From: Candidatus Micrarchaeota archaeon
GTDB lineage: Archaea; Micrarchaeota; Micrarchaeia; Micrarchaeales; Micrarchaeaceae
Direction of reading: 5' to 3'
Assembly: GCA_028866715.1 (NCBI GenBank)
Contig: JAGWHO010000006.1
Location: forward strand, 2,005-66,004
Length of the DNA stretch: 64,000 nt
The position numbers were made by a program, and so were the translations under genes. Position 1 is the first letter of the stretch. Each line of letters begins with the position of its first letter. Positions 63,245 to 64,000 of this stretch are shown one piece after another. The notes under the pieces were generated by a model that was given only the letters and a program-made list of their open reading frames with translations, had not been told where the DNA came from and searched no databases.

Positions 63245-63970
63245 ATGGGGAGAGGCGGAGATCCAGACGAGGGAACACTAGAAAGGGTAAACTTTCTAAG
63301 GAACCAAGCAGACGAGCTTAACAAACAGGCAGAGGACATAAAGCGCCTGATAACGGACATAAACAACTTCCATATCACTGCCGAGACGCATGAGAGCGCC
63401 AACGAGCACAGGATAGCTGCAGACTACTTCGAATACGAGGCAAAGGCAATCGGAAAGCTTGGCGATCCTAGCTACAAAGGCCGGGAGACGGAGGCATGGT
63501 CAAATTTCGCAAAGAACTCTGCGATTGCTGCTGATAATTCACTTGAGCATGCCGACAACCAGGCATTAAAGACTTATGAGAGGTGGGAGACACTGGAGGC
63601 GGCGATATATAGATATGAAGGTGCCTTACGTGGGCTGACACATATGGACATTGATCGTGAATCTACTCAAGAACTGAATCAAAAATGTCTCGTTGGTCTG
63701 GCAAGAGCTACAATATACCAGTTCAACGTCATAAGGCGCAGTGACCTATATGGGGATGAAAAGGCCTATAAACTTGAAGAGCTTGTACCAACGGCAAGCG
63801 TAGCATTAGAGAGGGCAAGCGCAGCGCACCTTGACAAGGAGGTCACAAACCTGATAAAGATAATGGATGACTACTTTATCGACAAGCAGAGGCATTTGGA
63901 TCGTGAGAAAATCTCTTTCCAAACCTCTGTAGATCGTGTGTCATTGAAGAAGACAACATCCACAAGCTAA
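63245..63970 (+). CDS. hypothetical helical protein (241 aa)
   Basis: Trimmed to ATG 63245, with ctatatatatttgg 30-40 nt upstream. No motif recognised. Confidence 0.5.
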   Translation: MGRGGDPDEGTLERVNFLRNQADELNKQAEDIKRLITDINNFHITAETHESANEHRIAADYFEYEAKAIGKLGDPSYKGRETEAWSNFAKNSAIAADNSLEHADNQALKTYERWETLEAAIYRYEGALRGLTHMDIDRESTQELNQKCLVGLARATIYQFNVIRRSDLYGDEKAYKLEELVPTASVALERASAAHLDKEVTNLIKIMDDYFIDKQRHLDREKISFQTSVDRVSLKKTTSTS

Positions 63971-64000
63971 TTATGGGGTTATATGTCAACAAAGGAAGTC

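Noticed and set aside
1-64000. CRISPR arrays, rRNA genes, IS elements and origin-of-replication ORB repeats.
   Set aside because: No regularly spaced 25-40-nt repeats, no rRNA-like conserved stretches and no transposase-like ORFs were seen. The larger spacers (9967-10158, 15042-15269, 45792-46236, 51189-51387) contain no repeated ORB-like boxes and no adjacent orc1/cdc6 gene.
63983-64000. Possible start of another gene (ATG TCA ACA AAG GAA GTC) at the right edge.
   Set aside because: Only 6 codons are visible, which is insufficient evidence.

Overview
This is a gene-dense 64-kb stretch of an archaeal chromosome. Archaeal hallmarks read directly from the sequence are a PolD DP1/DP2 operon, family-B and family-X polymerases, FEN1, aMBF1, P0/P1 stalk genes, EndoQ, NAC, a class-III (pilin-type) signal peptide, a tRNA-Tyr with a C1-G72 pair, and three tRNA genes with bulge-helix-bulge introns. 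I call about 66 protein genes and 6 tRNA genes (Arg-TCG, Asp-GTC, Tyr-GTA, Val-TAC, Ser-CGA, Ala-TGC), plus one orphan copy of the tRNA-Val 3' half. I recognised no rRNA, CRISPR array, transposase or integrase. Content is mostly housekeeping (replication/repair, translation, RNA modification), with very short spacers and BRE/TATA-like boxes 25-40 nt upstream of start codons. Lineage cannot be fixed without a database search. Small tightly packed genes, broken ribosomal-protein operons and pilin-like surface proteins would fit a small-genome (DPANN-like) or Thermoplasmata-like, possibly acidophilic, archaeon, but that is inference. The most noteworthy observations are these. (1) A 1.7-kb AT-richer islet bounded by an exact 37-nt direct repeat of the tRNA-Val 3' half carries one secreted eqolisin (G1 peptidase)-like gene and no integrase. 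(2) A 919-aa protein fuses a polytopic membrane domain to a Cdc48-like tandem AAA+ unfoldase. (3) A 758-aa protein has a pilin signal peptide, a Ser/Thr linker and a Gly-run, Cys-containing C-terminal domain. (4) The L1-P0-P1 stalk operon has a tail-less P0 and an extra translationally coupled small gene. (5) A shortened stand-alone EPSP-synthase-fold gene is present. (6) tRNA-Ser carries an intron at a non-canonical position. (7) An unannotated 36-codon hyper-basic ORF follows hsp20. All functional calls rest on motif recognition by eye, and no searches were run.
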